Notes under the pieces: generated by a model
What the model was told of the DNA's origin: nothing
Database searches by the model: none
The model's input: the letters and a program-made list of their open reading frames with translations, nothing else
Program-made: the position numbers and the translations under genes
NCBI GenBank assembly: GCA_937915375.1
Contig: CALDMO010000012.1
Location: 3,915 to 67,914 of the forward strand
Direction of reading: 5' to 3'
DNA: 64,000 bases
DNA from: an uncultured Marvinbryantia sp.
Lineage (GTDB): Bacteria; Bacillota; Clostridia; Lachnospirales; Lachnospiraceae
Shown here: piece after piece, positions 38,077-47,090 of the stretch
How positions within the stretch are numbered: the first letter of the stretch is position 1
Layout: each line of letters starts with the position of its first letter

Positions 38077-38724
38077 ATGGATAAAAATAGAATATTAAGT
38101 ATGGTAGATCACACACTTCTGGCACAGGGAGCGACATGGGCGGAGATTAAGGTGATTCTGGATGATGCGATGAAATATGAAACAGCATCTGCCTGCATCC
38201 CGGCAAGTTATGTGAAGAGAGCAGCAGAATATGTACAGGGTAAGCTGCCGATCTGTACGGTGATCGGTTTTCCGAACGGTTACAGCACAACGGCGGTAAA
38301 GGTATTTGAAACAAAGGACGCTGTGGCAAACGGTGCAGACGAGATCGATATGGTGATTAACATTGGTGATCTGAAGGATAAAAATTATCAGGCATTGGAG
38401 GATGAGATCCGCGCGATCCATGAGGCATGTGACGGCAGAATTTTGAAAGTAATCATTGAGACCTGTTTACTTACCGATGAGGAAATTATCAAAATGTCTG
38501 AGATTGTTACAAAGGCAGGTGCGGAGTATATCAAGACCTCTACTGGATTTTCCACAGCAGGAGCGACCTTCCATGCGGTAGAGCTGATGAAAGCAAATAT
38601 TGGTGAAAATGTGAAGGTGAAAGCAGCAGGCGGTATTTCTTCTTTTGATGACGCAGAAAAATTTATTGAATTGGGTGCTTCCAGACTGGGAACAAGCCGG
38701 TTGATTAAGTTGATGAAGGCATAA
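38077..38724 (+). CDS. deoC: Deoxyribose-phosphate aldolase
   Basis: DHTLL, EIDMVIN, KVIIET, IKTSTGF, KAAGGI. Confidence 0.95.
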   Translation: MDKNRILSMVDHTLLAQGATWAEIKVILDDAMKYETASACIPASYVKRAAEYVQGKLPICTVIGFPNGYSTTAVKVFETKDAVANGADEIDMVINIGDLKDKNYQALEDEIRAIHEACDGRILKVIIETCLLTDEEIIKMSEIVTKAGAEYIKTSTGFSTAGATFHAVELMKANIGENVKVKAAGGISSFDDAEKFIELGASRLGTSRLIKLMKA

Positions 38725-38788
38725 CAGGAGGAAAACTTTAGTTTTCGTAAACGTTTAAGAAGGGTAAAAAATACGAGGTATTGTGGTT

Positions 38789-39928
38789 ATGAAAAAAGTG
38801 TGGAAACGCATGACGATATTTGCAATGACATGTGTGGTGATGATTTCTATAGCATTTGCTGTTCCGCTGGATGCGAAAGCGAAGAGCGTGAAGCCGTCAA
38901 TATCAGGAAACAGTACTATAATAAGAGGAAAGAGTGCACAGTTTTCTGTAAAGTATGGTAAGAAAAAAGTGCCTGCAAAATCCTGTAAGTGGTATTCTAC
39001 AAAAAAGAGTGTTGCAACTGTGAGAAGAACCGGGCGCGTGAATGCGAAGAAAGCAGGAACTACGTACATTTATGTGAAGTACAAAGGAAAGACATCTGCA
39101 AAGAAGAAAGTTGTTGTAAAAAATCCGGCAATACGTCCCGTCATATCAGGAAGCAGCAGTATTATCAAAGAAAAGAATGCGCAGTTTTCTGTAAAGTATG
39201 GTAAGAAAAAAGTGTCTGCAAAATCCTGTAAATGGTATTCTACAAAAAAGAGTGTTGCAACTGTAGGAAGAACCGGGCGTGTGTATGCAAAGAGTGCGGG
39301 AACCACTTATATCTATGTAAAGTATAAGGGTATAACATCTGCAAAGAAGAAAGTTATTGTGAAGAATCCACCGATGTGTAATAAGGAATCAGATCATAAA
39401 TGGGTAAGGCAGCCGAGTGAAACTCATATGTATATAACAATTGTAAAGCCTGCGAAACATTATTATATATGTAATTCCTGTGGACTCCTTATGGCAGATG
39501 AAGATGAGGTGATGTTACATTTTAACAGCTATAGTGTTTATAAATATGGACCGGAAACATATAGACAGGATATGGACATGATTACCCCATATAAATGCTC
39601 TAACTGTGGGAAGACTAAGACTGTAAAAAAGACAGAGCGGGGACAAGAACAGTTAGCAGTTTTTACTATAGAAAGTTGGGCAGGAAAGAAGTTTAATCCA
39701 GAAGCCTGTGCTTTTGTGGAGTGCCCAAGATGTCATACTGAATGGGGAACATTGGGATGGGAGAAGTATAAAGGGGTATGCCCGTGGTGTCAATATAGGT
39801 ATACAGATTGGAAAAAGCATATTAAGCATGCATGGGATCAAGGATTAATGTATCGGAACTGGGATAAAAACGGAAGAGAGATGATATATAATCCAGTCAA
39901 GAAAAAATGGGAATATATAGGCGGATAA
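38789..39928 (+). CDS. Secreted protein with two Ig-like (Big_2-type) repeats and a Cys-rich C-terminal domain
   Basis: Signal peptide; two 81-aa repeats (243-nt period, WYSTKKSVATV..G.V.AK.AGT); four CxxC motifs in the C-terminal part. Confidence 0.8.
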   Translation: MKKVWKRMTIFAMTCVVMISIAFAVPLDAKAKSVKPSISGNSTIIRGKSAQFSVKYGKKKVPAKSCKWYSTKKSVATVRRTGRVNAKKAGTTYIYVKYKGKTSAKKKVVVKNPAIRPVISGSSSIIKEKNAQFSVKYGKKKVSAKSCKWYSTKKSVATVGRTGRVYAKSAGTTYIYVKYKGITSAKKKVIVKNPPMCNKESDHKWVRQPSETHMYITIVKPAKHYYICNSCGLLMADEDEVMLHFNSYSVYKYGPETYRQDMDMITPYKCSNCGKTKTVKKTERGQEQLAVFTIESWAGKKFNPEACAFVECPRCHTEWGTLGWEKYKGVCPWCQYRYTDWKKHIKHAWDQGLMYRNWDKNGREMIYNPVKKKWEYIGG

Positions 39929-39973
39929 AGTTGTTGACAACAAACGGCTTTTATGTTATATATTTAGCAAGCG

Positions 39974-40071
39974 AATAAAAGGGAGTAGCTGATCACTCGA
40001 AAGAGTGGAGTTGAGACCGTCAGTTGATGTCGAAAGACATCCGTATCAAATGAGATAGCAAGACTTTTATT
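39974..40071 (+). ncRNA. yybP-ykoY (manganese) riboswitch aptamer
   Basis: AAAGGGAGUAGC 5' and GCAAGACUUU 3' signatures; P1 aataaaag/cttttatt; two GAAA-capped hairpins; internal CGUCA; upstream TTGACA promoter at 39934. Confidence 0.82.
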
Positions 40072-40102
40072 ATGGTGGACATCATGATAAAAGTCTTTTT
40101 TT
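40060..40102 (+). terminator. Riboswitch expression-platform terminator
   Basis: aagacttttattatg...catgataaaagtctt followed by a T run; overlaps the 3' strand of P1. Confidence 0.8.
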
Positions 40103-40175
40103 ATTAGGAAATTATCACTTACCTGGACTGCATGAGGTCAGCCATAAAGTCTGCTGACAAGAAAGGAAGGATTTT

Positions 40176-40601
40176 ATGATGAACAACAGAATGATTACAG
40201 AAGTACAGGAAGCAATTTATGCAGGAGAACGTGCGCTGAACAGTTTGCGGGCGGCGCAGACGGAACTCGGCAGCGCCAGAAATTGGGGGATTGTTGACAT
40301 GCTGGGCGGCGGATTTTTTACAGATATGTTTAAGCATTCCAAAATGCGCAGCGCTTCAGAATGTATGGAAGAAGCAAAAAATGATCTGCATGTATTTCAG
40401 CGTGGGCTGAGGGATGTCACGGTGCAGGCGGATTTGAGAATGGATATTGGTGATTTCCTTGTATTCGCTGATTTTTTCTTTGATGGATTGGTTGCAGATT
40501 ATCTGGTACAGTCAAAAATTTCGGATGCCAGAGAAGAGGTTGCGCAGGCAATCCGGCAGGTTGAGCGTATTCTTGCGGATCTGCGAACGATGATTTACTA
40601 A
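40176..40601 (+). CDS. Hypothetical protein (helical, WGxxDxxGGG and ADFFFDG motifs)
   Basis: Good RBS (aaggaagg) and coherent 141-aa ORF. Confidence 0.8.
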   Translation: MMNNRMITEVQEAIYAGERALNSLRAAQTELGSARNWGIVDMLGGGFFTDMFKHSKMRSASECMEEAKNDLHVFQRGLRDVTVQADLRMDIGDFLVFADFFFDGLVADYLVQSKISDAREEVAQAIRQVERILADLRTMIY

Positions 40602-40694
40602 CTATCCATATATATGATATTTGTTGTGGGTGCTGTAAAAAGAAGTGACAGATATACAGAAAGACGAATAGGATAAGACAGGGAGGAAAATGAT

Positions 40695-41054
40695 ATGGGA
40701 TGTTTGGGAAATTTATTATGGTTTTTATTCGGAGGACTGATCAGCGGACTGAGCTGGACATTGGCAGGATGTCTATGGTGCGTGACTGTCGTTGGGATTC
40801 CGATTGGTATGCAGTGCTTTAAGTTTGCGTCTTTAAGCTTCTTTCCGTTTGGAAAAGAAGTGGAGTATGGCGGCGGCGCGGTTTCATTTCTGTTGAATAT
40901 TATCTGGCTGATTGTGACGGGAATTCCGATGGCATTAGAGCATTTACTTCTGGCTTTGATCTGCTGTGTAACGATTATCGGGATACCGTTTGGAATGCAG
41001 CATTTAAAACTGGCAAAGTTGGCGCTGATGCCGTTCGGTACAGAGATCCAATAA
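40695..41054 (+). CDS. YccF-domain membrane protein
   Basis: Duplicated N(L/I)(L/I)W...T(V/I)(V/I)GIP.G.Q..K.A.L...PFG. Confidence 0.9.
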   Translation: MGCLGNLLWFLFGGLISGLSWTLAGCLWCVTVVGIPIGMQCFKFASLSFFPFGKEVEYGGGAVSFLLNIIWLIVTGIPMALEHLLLALICCVTIIGIPFGMQHLKLAKLALMPFGTEIQ

Positions 41055-41230
41055 GAAATGCTACTTGAAATTTTTATAAAAATATTATAAAGTAAAAGGG
41101 TATTAGACAATGCCACGATCCACGTCTGTCATGGAAACTTCTCCGGCAGGCGTGGTTTGTTTTTTGTAACATAGGAGAGGTTTTGTGTTGGCGTTCTTTT
41201 AACCGAAAGAGCGCCGGGAGGAAGTGGGAA

Positions 41231-42100
41231 ATGGGATATATACAAGGAAAGATGAAACGAAACATGGCAGTTTTACTGGTGATCCTGGGAAATATACTTT
41301 ATGCATTGACGGTAAAGTTGTTTCTGATACCGGCGGATCTGGTGACGGGAGGGACGACAGGGATCGGCCTGGCGATGAAGCATTATATGAATCTGTCAGT
41401 TTCCGGGGTGATTTTGGTATTTAATATCGGAATGCTGCTGCTGGGACTGATCGTTTTAGGAAAGAGATTCGCGATGACGACGATTGTCAGTACATTTGTT
41501 TATCCGCTGGTGTTGGATTTATTTGATCGCCTGCTTGGAAATATTGTACTGACAGACGATATCTGGCTGTGTACAGTCTTTTCCGGTCTGGGAATCGGAG
41601 TTTCCTTGGGAATTGTGATTCGTTCCGGTGCTTCTACAGGCGGAATGGATATTCCGCCGTTGGTGCTGAATCATTATTTCCGTATTCCGGTGTCTGTCAG
41701 CCTGTATGTATTTGATTTTGCGATTCTGTTGCTGCAGGCGGTTTATAATCCGCCGGAAAAGCTTTTGTATGGTGTTATACTGGTACTGATTTATACAATT
41801 GTATTGGACAAATTAATACTGATGGGTACGACAAAAACAGAGGTGAGAGTTGTCAGCAGCCATTATAAGGAAATCAAGGAACAGATTATTCAGGGGATGG
41901 ACCGCGGTGTGACGATGATTTCTGCGGAAACCGGTTATTTGGGCAATCAGACACAGATGATTTTTAGTATTGTTTCTAATCGTGAGCTTCCGCGGCTGGA
42001 GCAGGTCATCCATGAGATTGATCCAGATAGTTTTATGGTGGTGAGCCGTGTCAGTGAGGTGCGTGGACGCGGATTTACATTAAAGAAAGAATATCGTTAA
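41231..42100 (+). CDS. YitT family membrane protein
   Basis: GGTTGIG, GASTGGMD, RGVT, IDPDSF...EVRGRGF. Start is 41231 or 41252. Confidence 0.9.
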   Translation: MGYIQGKMKRNMAVLLVILGNILYALTVKLFLIPADLVTGGTTGIGLAMKHYMNLSVSGVILVFNIGMLLLGLIVLGKRFAMTTIVSTFVYPLVLDLFDRLLGNIVLTDDIWLCTVFSGLGIGVSLGIVIRSGASTGGMDIPPLVLNHYFRIPVSVSLYVFDFAILLLQAVYNPPEKLLYGVILVLIYTIVLDKLILMGTTKTEVRVVSSHYKEIKEQIIQGMDRGVTMISAETGYLGNQTQMIFSIVSNRELPRLEQVIHEIDPDSFMVVSRVSEVRGRGFTLKKEYR

Positions 42101-42152
42101 ATAGAAATGTTCTATTAAGAAAAAGTGAAATGCAGAGATGGGGGAAAACAGG

Positions 42153-43403
42153 ATGCATACAGAATATTATGTAAATAATCGGAAAAGACTTTACGAACAG
42201 CTGCCGTCAGGAGCGCTTCTGGCGATGTTTTCAGGAGAGGAGATCCGAAAAACAAATGATGAATATTACGCATTTTTCGCCGATAGAAATTTTGTTTATC
42301 TGACCGGACTGGAATGTAAGCAGGCCGTACTGCTGGCTGGCAAGGATGCGCAGGGGTCAGTCTGGGAGCGGCTTTATATTCTTGCTCCGGACGCACATGC
42401 GGAGAGATGGACTGGTACAAGAGTAAAGCCGTGGGAAGCACAAGAAATTTCCGGCATCAGTGATATCCGTTACGAAAATTTGTTTGCGGATGAACTGCAC
42501 ACGCTGATCACCAGAGGTAATTATGGATGTTTATACCTGGATCTGTTTCGGGTGAGTCCTGCAGATATTGACCGGCCGGCACATCGGCTTTTGCGCTGCG
42601 TACAGGCAGACTACCCATTTCTTCAGATTGGAAATGCAAACGCGTTGGTCCGCAGACTGCGTACAATCAAGCAGCCATGTGAAATTGCTGCTTTGCGTGA
42701 GGCAGAGAAGATTACCGGAGAAGGGATTCTGGCAATGATGAAGCATTCAAAGCCAGGGATGTATGAATATCAGTATAGAGCAGAATTTGACTATGTGCTT
42801 GGTCAGTATGGAGCCAAAGGACCGGGCTTTCCGTCAATTATTTCTGCCGGAGAGAATAATTTTTGTATTCATTATTATAGCTGTCATGGACAGGCGAAAG
42901 ACGGCGATATGATTTTGAATGATGTCGGCGCGCAGTATGATAACCTGATTACAGATGTTTCCAGGGGATGGCCGTGCAATGGAAAATTTGATGAGCGTCA
43001 ACGGCTGCTCTATGAATGTGCGCTGGCGACATCGGATTATTTGTTTTCGATCATAAAACCGGGCATGAAAATGGCTGATGTGGATGCTACGATCCGTAAA
43101 TATAACTATGAGCGGTTAAAGGATGCGGGGGTTTTACGTTCCTATGAGGAAATCGGTACTTATATGTGGCACGGCGGCGCGCACCATATCGGATATGATG
43201 TGCATGATGCTGTACAGACGCCGGAAATTCTCGCGCCGAACATGGTATTTTGTGTGGACGTTGGAATTTATCACGAGGAGTGGGGGATTGGATTCCGGTT
43301 GGAGGATAATTGTCTTGTGACGGAAAACGGCTGTGAAAATCTTTCGGCAGCGATTCCGAGAACCGTGGAAGATATTGAAACTGTCATGGGACGGAGATCA
43401 TAA
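42153..43403 (+). CDS. Xaa-Pro aminopeptidase (M24)
   Basis: AMP_N region (NFVYLTG), DVG...TDVSR, HHIGYDVHD, GFRLEDN. Confidence 0.9.
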   Translation: MHTEYYVNNRKRLYEQLPSGALLAMFSGEEIRKTNDEYYAFFADRNFVYLTGLECKQAVLLAGKDAQGSVWERLYILAPDAHAERWTGTRVKPWEAQEISGISDIRYENLFADELHTLITRGNYGCLYLDLFRVSPADIDRPAHRLLRCVQADYPFLQIGNANALVRRLRTIKQPCEIAALREAEKITGEGILAMMKHSKPGMYEYQYRAEFDYVLGQYGAKGPGFPSIISAGENNFCIHYYSCHGQAKDGDMILNDVGAQYDNLITDVSRGWPCNGKFDERQRLLYECALATSDYLFSIIKPGMKMADVDATIRKYNYERLKDAGVLRSYEEIGTYMWHGGAHHIGYDVHDAVQTPEILAPNMVFCVDVGIYHEEWGIGFRLEDNCLVTENGCENLSAAIPRTVEDIETVMGRRS

Positions 43404-43441
43404 ACGGCTTCTGTATTATATCAAAAACAGGACGGAGAAAG

Positions 43442-44527
43442 ATGGATACGATTATTATGTGGATGATGGCGGCAGCGGCAGTGGCGGGCGGCGCTGACCG
43501 GCTGTTGGGAAACCGTTTCGGACTGGGCAAACGGTTTGAGGACGGATTTATGCTGCTGGGACCGACCGCGCTTTCGATGGCGGGAATCATTTGCCTGGCG
43601 CCGCTTTTGTCGGAAGGATTGTCAAGGGGCGTGGTTCCGCTCTGGACAAAGCTGGGGTTTGATGCAGGTGTACTGGGCGGTGTTTTGGCTATTGATATGG
43701 GCGGATACCAGTTGGCGATGGATCTGGCGGAAAATCCGGTTCTGGGAAGTTATGTCGGGATTATTGTGGCTGCGACATTTGGATGTACGATTACGTTTAC
43801 GATTCCGGTGGGAATGGGGATGCTGCAGGAAGAGGATAAACCGGTATTTGCTGATGGGATGTTGATCGGGCTGAGTTTGCTGCCGTTAGCGCTGATGATT
43901 GGAGGGCTTTTGTGTGCTTTGACACCGAAGATGGTGCTCTGGCATTTGCTTCCGGTTTTTATTTTATGCATTTGTCTGATGCTTGGTATTTGGCGGTTTC
44001 CGAAAGGAACGGTGCGGGTGTTTACAATCTTTGCAGGTCTGATCCGCATTTTGACTACTGTCGGACTGGTTGCCGGAGCGGTGCAGTTTATGACGGGATG
44101 GCAGATGATTCCAGGGATGACGCCGTTGGAGGAAGCCATGCAGGTAGTTGCTTCCATTGGGATTGTAATGTTGGGAAGCCTGCCGTTTGCGGAACTTCTG
44201 CAGCGTGTGCTGAAACGTCCGCTGGCTTGGCTTGGCAGAAAGACCGGTATGAACGGCAGCAGTATTACCGGGCTTTTAATCGGTATTGTCAGTGTGGTTC
44301 CGGCAATTGCGCTGATGAAAGATATGGATAAAAAAGGGAAAATGGTAAATGCGGCATATTTGGTATGCGCAGCTTCTGCGCTGGCAGCGCATATGGGATT
44401 TACGTTTGGCGTGGAGCCGCAGATGGTCGTGCCGCTTCTGGCGACAAAAATTTTCGGCGGTGTGATTGGCGTATGCGGTGCGCTGGTATTTGCGCAGATG
44501 CAGGAGCGCAATGGAAAACACAAATGA
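43442..44527 (+). CDS. eutH: EutH-family ethanolamine transporter-like protein
   Basis: GNRFGLGKRFEDGF, LAIDMGGY, GCTITFTIPV. Confidence 0.82.
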   Translation: MDTIIMWMMAAAAVAGGADRLLGNRFGLGKRFEDGFMLLGPTALSMAGIICLAPLLSEGLSRGVVPLWTKLGFDAGVLGGVLAIDMGGYQLAMDLAENPVLGSYVGIIVAATFGCTITFTIPVGMGMLQEEDKPVFADGMLIGLSLLPLALMIGGLLCALTPKMVLWHLLPVFILCICLMLGIWRFPKGTVRVFTIFAGLIRILTTVGLVAGAVQFMTGWQMIPGMTPLEEAMQVVASIGIVMLGSLPFAELLQRVLKRPLAWLGRKTGMNGSSITGLLIGIVSVVPAIALMKDMDKKGKMVNAAYLVCAASALAAHMGFTFGVEPQMVVPLLATKIFGGVIGVCGALVFAQMQERNGKHK

Positions 44528-44687
44528 TAGGAAAGACTGCTGTGTTTTGTTCACGGCAGTTTTTTACAGCAAAATTCTTTCGTAATTTAAAGTTTTGAGC
44601 TTTACAGTGACAGGGAGAACGGTTATAATAAAGAAATTACGGTTGTATGCAGCTGAGATTAAAAAATGAAAGTATGAGGGGAGTACG

Positions 44688-46097
44688 ATGGAGCGATTAT
44701 TGGATGCAACGATTGCCTGTATTCAGGCGGTATATAATTTTTTGTGGGGAGATCTTATTTTTCTTCCGCTTCCCGGAGGCGGTCGGCTTGGGCTGTCGCT
44801 GTTGGTGATTTTGCTAATACCGACCGGGGTTTATTTTACAATACGCACGAAATTTCTGCCAATCCGTTTGTTTCCGGATATGCTGCGGGCGACAGTGGAA
44901 AAGAAGAATGGGCATGCAAATGCTCTGACATCTTTGCAGACACTGGTTGTCTCTACGGCAACGCGTGTCGGTATGGGAAATCTGGTCGGCGTGGTAGCGG
45001 CGATTTCCGCGGGCGGCGCAGGATCGGTATTTTGGATGTGGATAACGGCATTGATCGGTTCTTCCACAGCCTTTATTGAGGCAACGCTGGCACAGCTTTA
45101 TAAGAAAAAAGATCCTCTTTACGGGGGATATCGCGGGGGCCCGGCATACTATATTCACGATTTTATGACAGGAAAATTTGGAAAGAAAACAAGACGCTTT
45201 ACGATACCGGCGGTGTTGTTTGCACTCTCAGGTTTGATTTGCTGGTGCGGGATCAGTCAGGTAATCGGGAATTCGGTATCAAGCGCATTTGAAAATGCTT
45301 TTCATATTCCGCCGTTGTATACAACGATCATGTTGGTCGTGATTGCGGCAGTTATTGTTCTGCGGAGAAATGCGACGGTAAAGGTACTGGATATTCTGGT
45401 GCCGATTATGGCCGGGTTGTATTTTGTGATTACTGTTGTTTTGATCATCATAAATTGGAAATTGCTGCCGTCTGTGTTTGAACAGATTTTTGCGGAGGCA
45501 TTCGGAATCCGCCAGATGGTGGCAGGTGGTTTTGCAGGCGTTCTGATGAACGGTGTTAAGCGCGGTTTGTTTTCAAATGAAGCCGGTTCCGGCTCAGCGC
45601 CGTGCGCAGCTGCTGCGGCTGAAACAGATCATCCGGCAAAAATCGGGCTGGTACAGGCGCTCGGTGTATTTATTGATACGATTGTGATCTGCAGCTGTAC
45701 AGCGCTGATCATGCTGCTTGCTCCGCAGGAAGTAACGCAGGGATTGACCGGTATGGATCTTTTGCAGGCGGCAATGCAGCATCATTTGGGAAGCTTTGGT
45801 GTAGTGTTTATCGCTGTGATCCTGTGGCTGTTCAGTTTTTCCACATTTATCGGTATCTTGTTCTATGCCAGATCGAATGTATCTTATTTGTTTGGGGATA
45901 ACTGGTTCTCACAGACCGCTTACAAAGTGCTTGCTCTGGTGATGCTGTTTATCGGCGGTATGGCGGCATACACGTTTGTGTGGGATCTCGGAGATGTTGG
46001 TGTCGGTTTGATGACAGTGTTTAATATTGCGTTTTTGTATCTGCTGGCGCCAAAAGCGTTGGGAGCGCTGAAAGAGTATGAGGAGAAAAAGAAATAG
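44688..46097 (+). CDS. Alanine/glycine:cation symporter (AlsT family)
   Basis: RVGMGNL, GGPAYYI, RGLFSNEAGSGS, FIDTIVIC. Confidence 0.92.
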   Translation: MERLLDATIACIQAVYNFLWGDLIFLPLPGGGRLGLSLLVILLIPTGVYFTIRTKFLPIRLFPDMLRATVEKKNGHANALTSLQTLVVSTATRVGMGNLVGVVAAISAGGAGSVFWMWITALIGSSTAFIEATLAQLYKKKDPLYGGYRGGPAYYIHDFMTGKFGKKTRRFTIPAVLFALSGLICWCGISQVIGNSVSSAFENAFHIPPLYTTIMLVVIAAVIVLRRNATVKVLDILVPIMAGLYFVITVVLIIINWKLLPSVFEQIFAEAFGIRQMVAGGFAGVLMNGVKRGLFSNEAGSGSAPCAAAAAETDHPAKIGLVQALGVFIDTIVICSCTALIMLLAPQEVTQGLTGMDLLQAAMQHHLGSFGVVFIAVILWLFSFSTFIGILFYARSNVSYLFGDNWFSQTAYKVLALVMLFIGGMAAYTFVWDLGDVGVGLMTVFNIAFLYLLAPKALGALKEYEEKKK

Positions 46098-46107
46098 GCG
46101 GAGAATC

Positions 46108-46947
46108 TTATCCGCGATATTTTCTCGGAGATACCCCGACTAGCTTTTTAAAAATACGGCTGAAATAAAGTGGGTTTTCATAGCCTACGATAGAGGCAAT
46201 TTCACTGATGTTATAGTCGGTGCTTTCAAGAAGTCCTTGCGCGCGGGCAATACGGGTAGAGGTGATATACTGCATTGGTGTTTTTCCGGTTTGTTTTTTA
46301 AAACTGCGGATAAACCAGCAGGTACTCATATGCTGCGCCGCGGCATAATCTTCAATTATGATCGGCGTATTATAATGTTCATTAAAGAAGTGGATCGCGT
46401 TTTCCACTTCTTTTTGTATGTTCTGATTGAAAGCAGTTTTGCTGTGCAGACGACGCTGTATGATTAGAAAAAGCTGTTGTAAGGTAAGCGACAGATAATC
46501 TTCCAGAAAAGGTCTGCGCAGCTGCAGTTCAAGGATTATTTGGGAAAACAGTTGATGAAACTCCGGGCAGGTGCCGGGAGAAAAAACAACCTCATTATCT
46601 CTAAAACCATATTGTGCCAAAAAGTGTTCGACATCGCTTCCGGTAAAATGTACCCAGAATACGGTCGGTTGATTTTCTGCATAGTAGCAGTAATGCTGTG
46701 GCATACCTGGGCGGTAAAGCACCATTTGTCCGGCGGATAAAACGGTTTCCGTGTGATTAAAGTAAAAAGAGGCATTTCCGGATGCGATGTACAGAAGCTG
46801 GTAATCTTTGCGTCCTTCCGGGCGATAGGTGCGCATGACCGGACGGCTGTGCAGCCGGTATGTGCCGCAGTTTGCTACAAGCAACGGACGGGACAGATTT
46901 TCCATATCAATATCATTTGGATAGTAATAACCGGTATTAGCGTACAT
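46108..46947 (-). CDS. AraC family transcriptional regulator (divergent from lacZ)
   Basis: Cupin N-domain and C-terminal GYENPLYFSRIFKK. Confidence 0.92.
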   Translation of the reverse strand: MYANTGYYYPNDIDMENLSRPLLVANCGTYRLHSRPVMRTYRPEGRKDYQLLYIASGNASFYFNHTETVLSAGQMVLYRPGMPQHYCYYAENQPTVFWVHFTGSDVEHFLAQYGFRDNEVVFSPGTCPEFHQLFSQIILELQLRRPFLEDYLSLTLQQLFLIIQRRLHSKTAFNQNIQKEVENAIHFFNEHYNTPIIIEDYAAAQHMSTCWFIRSFKKQTGKTPMQYITSTRIARAQGLLESTDYNISEIASIVGYENPLYFSRIFKKLVGVSPRKYRG

Positions 46948-47090
46948 AAAAGGCTCCTTTGCAATTGAAAATCAGATGTAGAGATTGTATCATTTTGTGC
47001 ATGTTTTGTCTAATGCAGGACATGGATTTTTTTAAGAAGACCGATATAATAAAAGAAAAAGCAGAGCAATTTAAAAGGGAGGGTTTTGTC

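Noticed and set aside
39718..39740. CPRCH as a heme c attachment site
   Set aside because: It is a single instance that pairs naturally with the downstream CPWC as a zinc ribbon, and no cytochrome c maturation genes are in view.
43750..44523. 257-aa minus-strand ORF
   Set aside because: Antisense shadow of eutH.
44528..44687. Glycine riboswitch upstream of the AlsT-family symporter
   Set aside because: I see only a terminator-like hairpin and a promoter-like AT-rich stretch; the glycine aptamer signatures are not recognisable.
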